NCBI RefSeq assembly: GCF_963921235.1
Contig: NC_086097.1
Coordinates: forward strand, 187,924,001 to 187,988,000
From: Mobula hypostoma
Lineage: Eukaryota
DNA length: 64,000 bases
Reading direction: 5' to 3'
How positions within the stretch are numbered: the stretch's first letter is position 1; every line of letters starts with the position of its first letter. The notes under the pieces were generated by a model. That model searched no databases and was not told where the DNA came from. It worked only from the letters and a program-made list of their open reading frames with translations. The translations under genes were made by a program, and so were the position numbers. This document shows positions 38,041-51,500 of the stretch, piece by piece.

Positions 38041-38606
38041 GAGACTTCCTACCTACTCTCTCAGCTATATTCTGAAAGGGCATGGGAACAAAGAAAGGAA
38101 GTCAATGCCAGGAATCAAAACTCCTGGAAACTCTTCCATATTAGGGATAAAAACAGAAAATGGAATATTAAAACTAATCTCGTCCGACTGAATTGCTACA
38201 TTTCAATTTGCTGCCTTTGCAGGATTTACATATATGTTATCTCTCACAGCTTATTCAGACAAAAAAAGTAATCAATTATTTTTGGTTTCTGTGATACTAA
38301 TTTTGGATTTTTTAATCTGCTACAACATTGTATATATTCAATTGTTAATCGGATTTATTTCCACCTTGCATCACCTATAGTTGAGTACATCTTTTTAAGA
38401 ACGTTATTGTGGAATTGAGAAATGATTGCCAACCACATAACAGACTTGGTCCAATATTACATTCCAACACAAAGGCAAATTACCATTGTCTATCTCATTT
38501 TGCAACTTGAATATATAAATCCATCTTTTCTGTGATTCGTTAGAGGTAATGATGACTCTTTCCATAAAAGCTACATGTTAACCATATACTACACGTACAA
38601 AATGAA

Positions 38607-41600
38607 CATAAGAACATAAGAAATAGGAGCAGGAGTAGGCCATCTGGCCCATCGAGCCTGCCCCGCCATTCAATAAGATCATGGCTGATCTGTCCGTAAA
38701 CTCATCCTCATCTACCTGCCTTTTCCCCATAGCCCTTAATTCCCTTACTATGTAAAAACCTAACTAACTGTTTCTAAATATATTTAGTGAAGAAGCCTCA
38801 ACTGCTTCCCTGGGCAGAGAATTCCACAGATTCACCACTCTCTGGGAAAATAGTTTCTCCTCATCTCTGTCCTAAATCTTCTCCCCTGAATCTTGAGACA
38901 ATGTCCCCTAGTTCTAGTCTCACCTACCAATGGAAACAACTTTCCTACTTCTATCTTATCTATTCCTTTCAAATTTTTTTATGTTTCTATAAGATCCGCT
39001 CTCAGTATAGTCCCAGGCGACTCAATCTCGCCTCATAGGTTAACCCGTCATCCCTGGATTCAGCCTAGTGCACCTCCTCTGCACCGTCTCCAAAGCCAGT
39101 ATATCCTTCCTCAAGTATGGAGACCAGAACTGCACACAGTACTCCAGGTGTGGCCTCACCAGTACCCTGTATAGTTGCAGCATGACCTCCCTGCTCTTGA
39201 ATTCAATCCCTCTAGCAGTGAAGGCCAAAATTCCGTTTGCCTTCTTAATAACCTGTTGTACCTGCAAGCCAACTTTTTGCAATTCATGAACAAGCACTCC
39301 CAAGTCCCTCTGCACAACAGCATGCTGCAATCTTTCACCATTTAAATAATAATCTGCTCTTCTATTATTCCTTCCAAAGTGGATTAATTTGCATTTACCA
39401 AAGTTGTATTCCATCTGCCAGACCTTGGCCCACTCACTTAACCTATCTATATCCCTCTGCAGACTCTCCACATCCTCTGTACAATTTGCTTTTCCAGTCA
39501 GTTTAGTGTCATCAGCAAATTTTGCTATGCTACACTCAGTCCCCTCTTCCAAATCATCAATGTAAATGGTAAACAGTTGCGGGCCCAGCACCGACCCCTG
39601 CAGCACCCCACTCACCACTGACTGCCAACTGGAGAAACACCCATTTCTACCAACTCTTTGCCTTCTATTGGTTAACCAATCCACTATCCATGCCAATACA
39701 CTTTCTCCGACTCCATGCATCCGTATCTTATTTATAAGTCTCTTGTGTGGCACCTTATCGAACGCCTTCTGGAAATCCAAGTATACGACATCCACCTGTT
39801 CCCCTCTATCTACTGCACACATATGTTCTCAAAGAGCTCCAGTAAGTTTGTCAAACATGACCTGCCCTTTCTGAATCCATGCTGCGTCTGGCTAATGGAA
39901 ACACTCCTTTCTAAATGTTCTGCTATTTCTTCCTTAACGACAGCTTCAAGCATTTTCCTGACCATGGATGTTAAGCTAACTGGCCTATAGTTACCCGTCT
40001 TTTGCCCACATCCTTTTTTAAGAAGTGGTGTGACATTTGCTGTCTTCTAATCCACTAGGACCTTCCCAGAGTCTACAGAGTTTTGATAAATGATTACTAA
40101 CGCGTTTACTATAACCTCCACCAATTCCTTTATCACCTTGGAATGCATCCCATCAGGACCAGGGAACTTATCTACCTTCAGGCCCTCTAGTTTGGTCATC
40201 ACTATCTCTTTAGTGACAGTGATTTTATTGAGGTCCTCACCTTCCATTTCGTCCATAACATCCTTCTTTGGCATAATAGATGTGTCCTCCACCGTGAAGA
40301 CCAACACAAAATAGTCGTTCATTGCCTCAGCCATTTCCTTATCACCCAATATCAATTTCCCTTTATCGTCTTCCAAGAGACCTACATTGACTTTAGCCAC
40401 TCTTTTCCATTTTATATATTCATAAAAACTTTTGCTATCTGTTTTTATGTTTTGTGCTAATTTACTTTCATACTCTATCTTCCCTTCCTTATTTTTTGTT
40501 TAGTTGTTCGGAGCACCAGGCCATTGTCTCCCACACCATCACCGACTTTATCCGCTCAGGGGATCTCCCATCCACTGCTACCAACCGTATAGTTCCCACA
40601 CCCCGCACTTCCCATTTCTACCTCCTACCTAAGATCCACAAACCTGCCTGTCCAGGTAGACCCATTGTCTCAGCTTTCTCCTGCCCCACCGAACTCATTT
40701 CTGCATACCTCGACACTATTTTATCCCCCCTTGTTCAATCCCTTCCTACCTATGTTCGTGACACTTCTCACGCTCTGAAACTTTTCAATGATTTTAAGTT
40801 CACTGGCCCCCATTGTTTTATTCTCATGGATGTCCAATCCCTATATACTTCCATCCCCCATCAGGAAGGTCTCAAAGCTCTACGCTTCTTTTTGGATTCC
40901 AGACCTAACCAGTTCCCCTCTACCACCACTCTGCTCCGTCTAGCGGAATTAGTCCTTACTCTTAATAATTTCTCCTTTGGCTCCTCCCACTTCCTCCAAA
41001 CTAAAGGTGTAGCCATGGGCACCCATATCGGTCCCAGCTATGCCTGCATTTTGTTGGATTTGTGGAACAATCTATGTTCCAAACCTATTCTGGTATCTGT
41101 CCCCCACTTTTCCTTCGCTACATCGATGACTGCATTGGCGCTGCTTCCTGCACGCATGCTGAGCTCGTTGACTTCATTAACTTTGCCTCCAACTTTCACC
41201 CTGCCCTCAAGTTTACCTGGTCCATTTCTGACACCTCCTTCCCCTTTCTACATCTTTCTGTCTCTATCTCTGGAGACAGCTTATCTACTGATGTCTACTA
41301 TAAGCCTACTGACTCTCACAGCTATCTGGACTATTCCTCTTCTCACCCTGTCGCTTGCAAAAGTGCCATCCCCTTCTCACAATTCCTCCGTCTCCACCAC
41401 ATCTGCTCTCAGGATGAGGCTTTTCATTCCAGGATGAAGGAGATCTCCTCCTTTTTTAAAGAAAGGGGCTTCCCTTCCTCCACCGTCAACTCTGCTCTCA
41501 AACACATCTCCCCCATTTCACGCACATCTGCTCTCACTCCATCCTCCCGCCACCCCACTAGGAATAGGGTTCCCCTTGTCCTCACCTACCATCCCACCAG

Positions 41601-43704
41601 CCTCTTGGTCCAACATATAATTCTCCGTAACTTCCGCCACCTCCAATGGGATCCCACTACTAAGCACATCTTTCCCTCCCCTCCCCACTTTCTGCAGGGA
41701 TCGCTCCCTAAGCGACTCCCTTGTCCATTCATCCCCCCCATCCCTCCCCACCAATCTCCCTCCTGGCACTTATCCTTGTAAGCAGAACAAGTGCTCCACA
41801 TGCCCTTACACTTCCTCCCTTACCACCATTCAGGGCCCCAGACAGTCCTTCCAGGTGAGGTGACACTTCACCTGTGAGTCGGCCGGGGTGATATACTGCG
41901 TCCGGGGCTCCCGATGCGGCCTTCTATATATTGGCGAGACCAGACGCAGACTGGGAGATCGTTTCGCTAAACACCTACACTCTGTCCGCCAGTTAAAGCA
42001 GGATCTCCCAGTGGCCACACATTTTAATTCCACCTCCCATTCCCATTCTGATATGTCTATCCACGGCCTCCTCTACTGTAAAGATGAAGCCACACTCAGG
42101 TTGGAGGAACAACACCTTATATTCCGTCTGGGTAGCCTCCAACCTGATGGCATGAACATTGACTTCTCAAATTTCCGCTAATGCCCCACCTCCCCCTCGT
42201 CCTCCATCCAATATTTATTTATTTACATACACACATTATTTTTCTCTCTCTCCTTTTTCTCCCTCTGTCCCTCTCACTATACCCCTTGCCCAAATGCTTC
42301 GCTTCCCCCCCCTTTTCTTTCTCCCTACGCCTCTTGTCCCATGATCCTCTCATATCCCTTTTGTCAATCAACTGTCCAGCCCTTGGCTCCATCCCTGCCC
42401 CTCCTGTCTTTTCCTATCATTTCTTATCATTCCTATCATTTCGAATCTTACCTGTCTCATTGCACAGGACTAGATCTAAGATCGCATTTTCCCTTGTAGG
42501 TTTACTAATATGCTGCTCAAGAAAGCCATCACAGATGCATTCTATGAAATCCTCCTCAAGACTTCCTTGACCAACCTGATTCACCCAATCTATGTGGAAG
42601 TTAAAATCCCCCATAACAACTGCCGTTCCATTCTTACGGGCCTCAGTTATTTCTTGGTTAATCACCTCTGCCACTGCAATATTTTCATTAGGTGGCCTAT
42701 AGACAATACCCACCAGTGAGTTTTTTCCTTTTACTATTCTTAATCTCTACCCAGATGGACTCAACATTCTGCTCCGTAGATCTTATATCATCTCTCACAA
42801 TCGCCCTGATCTCATCCCTAATCAAGAGCACCACCCCAGCTCCTCTGCCCTCCCGTCTACCTTTCCATATTACCTGATACCCTTGGATATTTAATTCCCA
42901 GTCATCTCCACCTTGCAACCAGGTTTCTGTAATGGCTACTAAATCATATGCCTTAGTACTGATCTGTGCCACAAGTTCACTAACCTTGTTTCTAATACTA
43001 TGGGCATTTAGACAAAGTGCCTTTATACTCATTGTCCTTTTAGAATCTAGTGACCTTTGCGATTTTTGCTTTTTACTTTTATGCACTCTACTCTTACTTT
43101 TATCTTCACTAACTCTAGCTTTGGTCTCTGCATCACTTCCCTCTTCTTTTCTGTGTGGGTTCCTGTCCCCCTGCCATATTAGTTTAAGGCCTCCTCAACA
43201 GCACTAGCAAACAATCTCCCTAGGACATTGATCCCGATGTAGGCCATCCGGATGGTACTGGCCCCACCTCCCCCAGGAGCGGTTCCAAAGCCCCAAGAAT
43301 CTGAAACCCTCCCTCCTGCCCCACCACTCAAGCCCCATATTCATTCTAGCTATCCTGCTACTCCAACTCTGGCTAGCACGTGCCACCGGTAATAATCCTG
43401 AGATTATTACCTTTGAGGTCCTACTCTTTAATTTATCTCCTAGCTCCTTAAATTCAGTTTGTATGACCTCATTCTGCTTTCTTTCTATATCGTCAGTACC
43501 TACATGCATCACGACAGCTGGCTGCTCACCCGGCCTTTTCAGAATGCCCTGCAGCCTCTCCGAGACATCTCTGACCCTTGCACCCGGGAGACAACACACC
43601 ATACGGGAGTCCCGTTTGCAGCCACAGAAGCTCCTCTCTATTCCCCTTACCATGGAATCCCCTACCACAACAGCTCTGCCACTCTTTTTTTGGCAGAACC
43701 CAGC
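38607..43704 (-). mobile_element. CR1 LINE (ORF1 esterase part plus ORF2) interrupted by a Penelope element
   Basis: VVGDSMVRG, CLNAHSIRNK, MGDFNFHIDW, DFQKAFDKVPH, KFADDTK. (CTTATGTT)n tail. Probable TSD ATGAA (38602-38606, 43705-43709). Confidence 0.93.
40507..42440 (+). mobile_element. Penelope-like element (Neptune type): RT plus GIY-YIG endonuclease, frameshifted, truncated at both ends
   Basis: YLLPKIHKP, GRPIVS, MDVQSLYTSIPH, QTKGVAMGT, LRYIDD, CKQNKCSTCP linker, IYC...LLYIGETRRRLGDRF. Confidence 0.95.
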
Positions 43705-44386
43705 ATGAATTTCATATATATATCTCCATATATACAGTAATTAGACAAATCTTTATCTATGATGAGAACAGATTCAGTAGCATGCATATGGAGATGCCTT
43801 GTGATGTTGAAAACATTTCATTAATATTACTAGTCCAACCATTTTCTTGATAAACATACCTTATTCTGATAGGTCATATCATAAAATAATGTTAAAATAC
43901 AAACTCTCCACAGTATAACTACAGGCATTCAAATCTGTACAATATTTTCCACATCATACATCTAATCTATGAAAACATGAATCCAGAGAAATGTAGAAAT
44001 TGTCCATTCATCCCTCACCCCTGTTTCAATATTTAAATAAGATCAGAACTGCTTAAGTATCTCAGTACCACTTTCCTGCACTAAACTTATATCCTTTGTT
44101 TCCATTACTATTGACCTCAACATTGAAGACACTCAGTGAATGAGCCTCTAGTATACACTTGAGTAAGAATTTTAAAGGTTTACTATTCTCTTGGTAAAAA
44201 CATTTCTTCTCAACTTAGTCCAGAAAAGCTAATCCCTTACTTTGAGACTGTGATCATTGGCTATAGGCAAACATCATCCCCATATTTTCTTTATCCAACC
44301 ATAAGAATATGCCATCACCTTCTACAAATAAAATTATATTCTTGATATTACCTCACCTGTGCTCAGAGGAACTGAGACAAAATATC

Positions 44387-44545
44387 CAACCAGAAGAGAT
44401 TCTGTAGGTGCTGGAAATCCAGGGTAACACACACCAAATGCTGGAGGAGCTCAGCCTGATGAAGGGCCTCGGCCTGGAATGTTGACTGTTTATTTATTTC
44501 CATAGATACTGCCTGGCCTGCTGAGTTCCTCCAGTATTTTGTGTG
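44387..44545. mobile_element. 159-bp fold-back Penelope pLTR derivative with decayed hammerhead
   Basis: Arms CACACACCAAATGCTGGAGGAGCTCAGC and GCTGAGTTCCTCCAGTATTTTGTGTGTG flank CTGATGA...GGAA. 14-bp TSD TGAGA(C/T)AAAAT(A/G)TC. Confidence 0.78.
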
Positions 44546-44772
44546 TGAGATAAAATGTCTCTGCTCTTGTGCTCAAACCTTCCAAATGGAGTCTTAGAAA
44601 TGTAGCACTTGGTTTCCCAATTACTTCGTATACCTTAATATCAACTTTCAGTGATTTGCAGACAGGCACATCCATGTCCCTCTGAACACCAGCACCTTTC
44701 AGTTTCTCACCATTAACAAAATACTCTGCACTTCCACCCTTTTCTTCAAAGTGGATGATCTAACATGATTCC

Positions 44773-44891
44773 AACACAAAATGCCAGAGGAACTGAGCAG
44801 GTCAGGCAGCATCTATAGAAAGCAATAAATAGTCAACACTTCTGGCCGAGACCCTTCATCAGGCGCTGTGTTTCTTTAGCCTCTTGTGTTT
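44773..44891 (-). mobile_element. Short Penelope pLTR piece with decayed hammerhead
   Basis: Minus strand CCTGATGAAGGGTCTCGGCCAGAAGTGTTGAC. Flanked by an imperfect TAACAT..TTCCA duplication. Confidence 0.7.
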
Positions 44892-45076
44892 ATAACATTT
44901 CCAAATTAGATTCCATCTGCCGTGCCCTCACCTATTCACCTAGCCTTCCTTGAGCTCTCATACCTTCTACACATCCTCCTCACAATCCACACTAACATAC
45001 AACATAGTTTCAGTGGCAAATTTGTGTAACACTTGATCCCCTCATCCAAATCATTGATATTGATTGTAAACAGCTG

Positions 45077-45620
45077 ACACTGACACTGTCCGAAGTTTCC
45101 AACGATGAGGTAAAACCTGTGCGGGAGGAGTTTTATAGTGAAAAAGCTGTTGCACTGGGACAGTTCCACTCTCTCAGCCTCAAAAACCTTGGTCCAATGG
45201 TGCGAAAAATCATTACGACTGGAGACGTCCTCAGCTGCAGTGGATAGCCATGACGCCTTCTGTGCCTTATCATGCCCTTTTCTCCCCATGGAGCATTGCA
45301 GCACCATCTTCTTGACCATCGGATCTTGTACCTGATCTCATCAGTCCTGTCCACTGGAACTGGTTTTGCATGCCGAGGTAGGCATATCCCTATCTCACCA
45401 GGGTTGGAGGTTCCTGGTAACCCTCACCTGGTTTAGCCCGCCCGTCAGAGCGGTGTACCAGGGTGCAGTCACTCTCACGTGCAAACAGTTACTTGGAGCC
45501 ACAGGTGACAGCTGCGTGGCAAGTGGGGACCAAAGGTGGATGAGCTGCCCCTGGGCAGAGCATGACAAGCCTGCTACTGGAGGTGCTACCCCTCTCTGGA
45601 ACCCCCATACACCACAGGAT
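45077..45620 (-). mobile_element. RTE-clade 5'-UTR-derived non-autonomous element
   Basis: RTE-like 5' UTR leading to WKLRTV (similar to the endonuclease start WNVRT), then a (CAGTGT)2 tail. 7-bp TSD ACAGCTG (45070-45076, 45621-45627). Confidence 0.55.
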
Positions 45621-46244
45621 ACAGCTGTCTGTGGTAACCCCAGGGTATAGCTTCCCAACTCAAAAATGGCCAATTTTCCCAACTCACTGTCCATTATCCA
45701 GTCCTTAATAAACATCTGTATATGACCCCAATAGTATGCCGTCCAATTTTGCTTTGTAGTTTTCCTATGGCACTGAATCAAAGCCTCTCTTTCCCACAAT
45801 GCCGGCTTTCATTAACTTAATATACAACTCGACACACTTCAGTAAAAGTCTTGATTGTGCAACACCTTTTGCACAGCCACTTTACTCACAAAATGTTACA
45901 TAGCTCTCACTTTTTTATTTGATTATTTAATAAGGGAAATAGCAATGAAAATCCACCCAGATTAACATATTCAATTTCCTACTTGACTTCACATTTTACT
46001 TATTCAGAATTAGCTGCACCACATGCATTGCCATGAAAAAGGGATCTCATTATCAGTGAATGAGCTCTTCAGTTTAACCACTTCAAGACCACCATTTGAA
46101 CAGCAGAACAATATACTTCCGCCTACCATATTTTGTAGAATTGACTTACCTGGGCATGCTTATCCAGTCTCAGAATTTACCAAAAATAAGTTGGGTTACC
46201 CACCTGCCCCAAAGGGCAATGCAATATTGCTGAGGGGTGGATTA

Positions 46245-47277
46245 GTGCTTACCATCGATCCCATCCATACAGATTGGCAACAACATCCCCTCCACAATCA
46301 TCATCATCACAGGTTCGCCACAAGGTTGTGCGCATAGCTCCCTGTTCTACTCGCTTTATATTTATGACTGTGTGGCTAAGCACAGTTCCAATGCCATATT
46401 TAAGTTTGCTTGGAGGAGGGAGATTGAACATTTGGTTGAATGGAGCCACAATAGCAACCTCTCACTCAATGTCGACAAACCCAGAATGGCTGATTATTGA
46501 CAACAAGAGGTAGGAACCAGAAGTCCATGAGTCAGTCTTCATTAGAGGATTGGAGGTGGAAAGGTTTGGTAACTTTAAATTCCTCGGCATAATCATATCA
46601 GAGGATGTGTCCTGGGACCAGCATGTAAGTGCCATCACAAAGATGGCACAAATTTCCTTGAAGTTTGCGCAGATTCTGCATCTAATCTAAAACTTTGGCA
46701 AACTTCTATTGATGCACAGTGGAGAGTATTGTAGTTGCATCACAACCTGCTATGAAAACAACACTGCCGATGATTGGAAAAGCCTACAAAAAGTGGTGGA
46801 CACAGCACAGGCAAAGTTCTTCCCTCTACTGAGCACATATACAAGAAGGGCTGCCATCATCATCCAGGCCATGCTTTCATCTCGATGTTGCCGTTGGTAA
46901 GGGGATACAGGAACCTTAGGGCCCACATCACCAGGTTCAGGAACAGTTATTACCTTTCAACCATCAGACTCCTGACCAGGAGTGGATAAGTTCACTCACC
47001 TTAACTCTGAAGTGATTCCACAACCTATAGACTCACTTTCAAGGAGTCTACAACTCATCTTCTCTGTACTATTTATTTATTATTTTCATTTGCATAGTTT
47101 GTTTGCCCTTGCATATTCACTCTTTGTCAGTCTTTGCATGTAGTTTTTCATCAATTTTATTGTATTTCTCTGTTCTCGTGAGAATGCCTGCAAGAAAATG
47201 AATCTCAAGGTAGTATATGGTAATAAGCAAATATATATATACACACACACCTTGATAATAAATTTACTTTGAACTTA
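46245..47277 (+). mobile_element. Decayed Rex1/Babar LINE 3' half
   Basis: IGNNIPSTIIIITGSPQGC...YIYDC and TRFRNSYYLSTIRLL peptides. Tail AATAAATTTACTTTGAACTT. Confidence 0.8.
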
Positions 47278-47487
47278 ATGTTGAGATGCTGTTGTGTTCT
47301 TGTAACAGAGGTTTTTTACCTTTTTTTCTGAAGTTGGTTCAATCAACAATGTTGATTTATGTATCATTTAAATTTTGAACAGGTAAATCAGCATCATCTG
47401 TAACATTAACTCTGCTTTTCACTCTCAACAAGAATTACCTGATTCACAGATTTGTTTCTGTCCTGCACAACTCTATGAATCCGTTTT

Positions 47488-47620
47488 ATAGGATATGGGA
47501 GAGAAAGCCCACATAGTAACAGGGGTTACATGCAAACTCCACTCAGAGAGCTCTGGAGATTATGACTGAACCAGAGTCTCTGGAGTCCCGAGGTAGCTCC
47601 TCTGCAAGCTACACTATTGT
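47488..47620 (-). mobile_element. HE1/V-SINE-like tRNA-derived SINE head, decayed
   Basis: Plus strand AAAGCCCACATAGTAACAGGGG...TGCAAACTCC...TGAACCAGAGTCTCTGG resembles the reverse complement of elasmobranch SINE heads. Confidence 0.5.
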
Positions 47621-47689
47621 GTGAGTAGAGTACATCCCAGATGTCCACAGTTATCATGGATGAAGCATACAGATGGAGAAACAGGCAAC

Positions 47690-48535
47690 AGTGAGCACCA
47701 GTATGGAGAGGGAAGAGGGGTGGGGGGTGGGTAATACTGGGTGAGGGGATAGGGGAGCGTGTTAAGTGGATCAGAAGGAGGGAGAAAGAAGCACAGCGTT
47801 GCCTGAAACTGGAATGTTCAATGAACAAACATTAACAATTCATGTTTAAACTACAATATTTGAAGCTTCTTATGTCTCCACTTAACTACTTCCACTCTGC
47901 CCACCCCATGTTCCCCACCTGATCCTTTTATCCTCTCTCCTTATCTGTGTCTACTTATCACCAACCTACTGTTGTCTTCAACTCTACATCTCCCCTAACC
48001 CCACCTGGTTCCATCTGCCTATCTTCTCTCCCTCATCTGGTTCTACTTGTCACACTCTAGACTCTACAACAACCCCCCCCCCCCACCAACCCTCTCATCA
48101 TCCAGCTCCTCCTGCTTAACACACTTCCTTCCCTTATTTTTCTTTCATTGCTTTCAGCGGTCACCCACTCTCCTCTGAACTCCTCTCTCAGCCCCTGATT
48201 TCAACTGTCATCGACTAGCTCTTGTTTCATTCCTCCTTCTCAACTCTTTATGCTGGCTATCCTCCATCTGTAATCCCAGTTCTGATGCTTCTTGACCCAA
48301 AATCTCGCAAGTACCTTTACCTCCACAGATCTTGCATGACCCATTGAGTTCCTCCAGCTGTTTTTGCACCAGTCTATCTCATTAAGACCTTGCACCTTAT
48401 TGTCTGTCTACACTGCAGCAATCTGTTATTGCTTTCCTTTGTACTACCTCAATGCATTGATGTGATGAATTGATCTGTATGGATGAGATGCAAAACAAAG
48501 CTTTTCATTGTATCTTGGTACATGTGACAATGCTA
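47690..48535. mobile_element. Decayed Penelope 3'/pLTR pieces in opposite orientations followed by a Rex1-like tail
   Basis: Purine-rich then pyrimidine-rich pLTR-like sequence, CCACAGAT...TGAGTTCCTCCAGC motif, TACATGTGACAAT tail. Confidence 0.55.
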
Positions 48536-51500
48536 ATAGACTAGCAAACCAAACATTTCCAGTCTGAGCTGTACCTATGATGAAAATATAAGCTATAGAA
48601 TCACGTTACTGCAATAAATAGGTAAAGGGCAGTTTTTCTTATTTATATTTAGTTACAAATGGTTTCCTGAGGAGAGGAAGATCAGATAAGTAAAATCATG
48701 CCCCTCGAAAGAAGCTTGACTAATTTTCTCACCCTCCAGGTCCAATTACTGCATTTGACCAAGCAAATATTTGCACTCACAGGGACACAACAGATGCTGG
48801 AAATCTAGAGCAACACACAAAAAAGGTCATGTACTGCCTTTAGTCATGCATGTCTGACTGCAGAAATTGCGACTGGTTTCAGAGTATAATGACAGCAAAC
48901 ACTGAGCATTTCACCACCTCAATATCTGGGTCCTTCTATTTTGATCAAAGAGCCAAGATGATTGTGCTACTCTTGCAGTTGAAAGCAGCCAGCGAACAAA
49001 AAAGGTTGTTGAAATAAAGTTATTCTCAATAAAACAACATTCTAAGATCAGTATCGATATAAATATCCCACCCCAAATTCAGACCTTTGACGTGACAGTA
49101 GACACTGATACCATTACGTTCTAATTGATTTTAGCTGTTCGCCTTATCATGAATTTAATTATTGATTTGTCTGTGCATTGGTGTATTGTCTTAACTAGGT
49201 AGCGTTGCATGCATAATTTTCAAGTAATGAATTCCAGGTTACATGAGTCCTTTATGTAGAAGTAAATATTCTTTACCATGCATTCAATCATATTTTAATA
49301 CATCACGGAAAACAAAGTGAAATGCCTGCTTTTCAAGCACAGTGACTACTCTCAGTAATGAAACCTTGAATATTTTGGTTGTTCTGTAGAAGATTATTTA
49401 ACCACAGATGTTCAGATTTGGAAATGAACACATTCTCATTTTAAAAATAAGAATAGGAATGCAGAGCCTCCTTATCTGAAAATTGTTGATTTTCTTATAT
49501 GAACCTGCATTTTCTTTTTACCACAGAGTATAAGCATAATTTACCACAGAGACTGGGAAGAAGGTTTTGGCATCTCAATCATCCCTTCTGGTGCTTTAGG
49601 GCAATGAGTAGTCTCTGGTAGCAGCTAATATTTCAGTCTATGCTATTATATTGCTATGCAGTTCAATTGTAAAGTTATCCCTAAAGCATACGAGCAGAAA
49701 AGTACTTTAACACTACAAACGTAATGGATCAAATCTTAGTCACCAGACTCACTGACCATGGCCCCCACATGCATACTTTGAAGGTTTTCATGCATAGGGC
49801 CTATTTTGTTTGTCCAGAGCATCCAGGAACCCAATGGCTAATCCTGGCTGGTAGCAGGATCTACAGTGGTGCACCGAGCAAGCTCCACCTTCAAGCCATA
49901 TCTCTGCGCTCTGCTGACTATCAAAGCTGTGAATGAGCTACATTTAAAAATATTTAAAAATCATTGAAGTTGGAGTAGATAAATAAAGTATCAAAAATGT
50001 TAAAATATTAATCAAGAATATCCACATTTACCAAAAATATCAAAAACGCCAAGTTAGACAATTTCTAACTTGTCTAACTTTTTAAAAACAAAGGAAATTA
50101 TGTTCCCATTTGTTTCATATCTGGACTATAAACTCCATAGTAGTCAATGGGATCCCTTTGAGAAATAGAAACATCCAAGTTCTTTTGTGACCAAAAGACC
50201 TCAGGCCAAGAAAGAAGGTGTTGAGTAAAAAAAAGGTTAACTGTTATATAACAAAGTACAGTCATAAGCTATATTTTGCATTCATATTTCAGTAAGTGTA
50301 CTTCCTACAAAAAACTGTCTCCTACTTTGACTGCTGTATTATTTTAAATTGCAATGGTAGCTTTTTATATTGTTTCAGTACGTTTTCCTGGCATGCTTTA
50401 TTTACTTCATGTTCAGTTTTACCTCTGCTGCTAATCCAGGCACCAGGTAGCAGGAGGGACTAGGTAGTAACAAGAATGTGCTTCATTCTGATACCAGATC
50501 CTCCAGAGGGCAGATCTAAAATGGATAAATAAAATCCAAAACAGACTGCTGACCACTTGGTAGTACAAGGAGTTAATGTGCATTTTCTAACAGTCAGTCC
50601 TTTAATGCTCGGCCAACTCTTTTAAGAAATTGATATTAAATGTCAGTTGAGTGAAGAGTGCTTTGATATGTGAGATTACTTGGAAATAAAGCAATTTACA
50701 TTTCAGAGATCAAGCATATGCTAGACATTTAATCCTATTGAAAATCTATCATAACTATAAAGAAATACTCTGCCAATCTCTTGCAACTTTTTCAATAAGG
50801 ACTGATTTCTAATCATACCACAGATCCAGACTTATAGTGTTTAAGACGTTACTATTTTCCCTCTATTTTGATATGAATTAATTTATCTATATTTATGTTA
50901 GAACATCAAGTGAATAAATGGTGAATTTCTCAACAGTGTCTGAATTAACTTTATATTAAAAATAGTGTATACTCTATACTAGCTGAAATGATCCTGCCTT
51001 GTGGTATCAGTGTTAAATCATTATTAGAGGTAATTTTATACAGGTTTGACCACTCTAATGATCATTTGTGTTGAAATAGCATATGTTGGGAATATAGGAA
51101 TCTGGACTCATCTGTGAGCAGCTGACATTAGTCAGTCTGACATCTAATGATGTCATAAGTCAAGCAGCAATCATCTCCTCAGCACTAGCATAAACTGGAG
51201 CTTTTAGACACAACACACAATTTTCATGTACACTCATAAAAAGTCTAGAGAACAGAATGCTGAGATCAGCAGTGAACAGTCAATTAAAAAGTCGCCACAC
51301 TGGCTTCAAAGTCTTACACATGGGAATTTATGAGCTTTAACTTCCAATCCTTGAAATAATGGAAGCTATGCAGCTCACTGTCCCTTCATTGTTCACAGAC
51401 CTTTTATAAACTCACATCAGAGCTGTCTGCTGCGATCTCTGCTCCCTTGATCATTTCCCACTTTGCAGCAGTGTGCAGCACAGGATTCGATCAAACAAAC

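Larger units (their letters stand above)
43960..45850 (-). mobile_element. Old CR1 RT/3' fragment carrying three younger insertions
   Basis: Minus-strand QLFTININDLDEGIKC and other RT remnants collinear with CR1. Confidence 0.65.
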
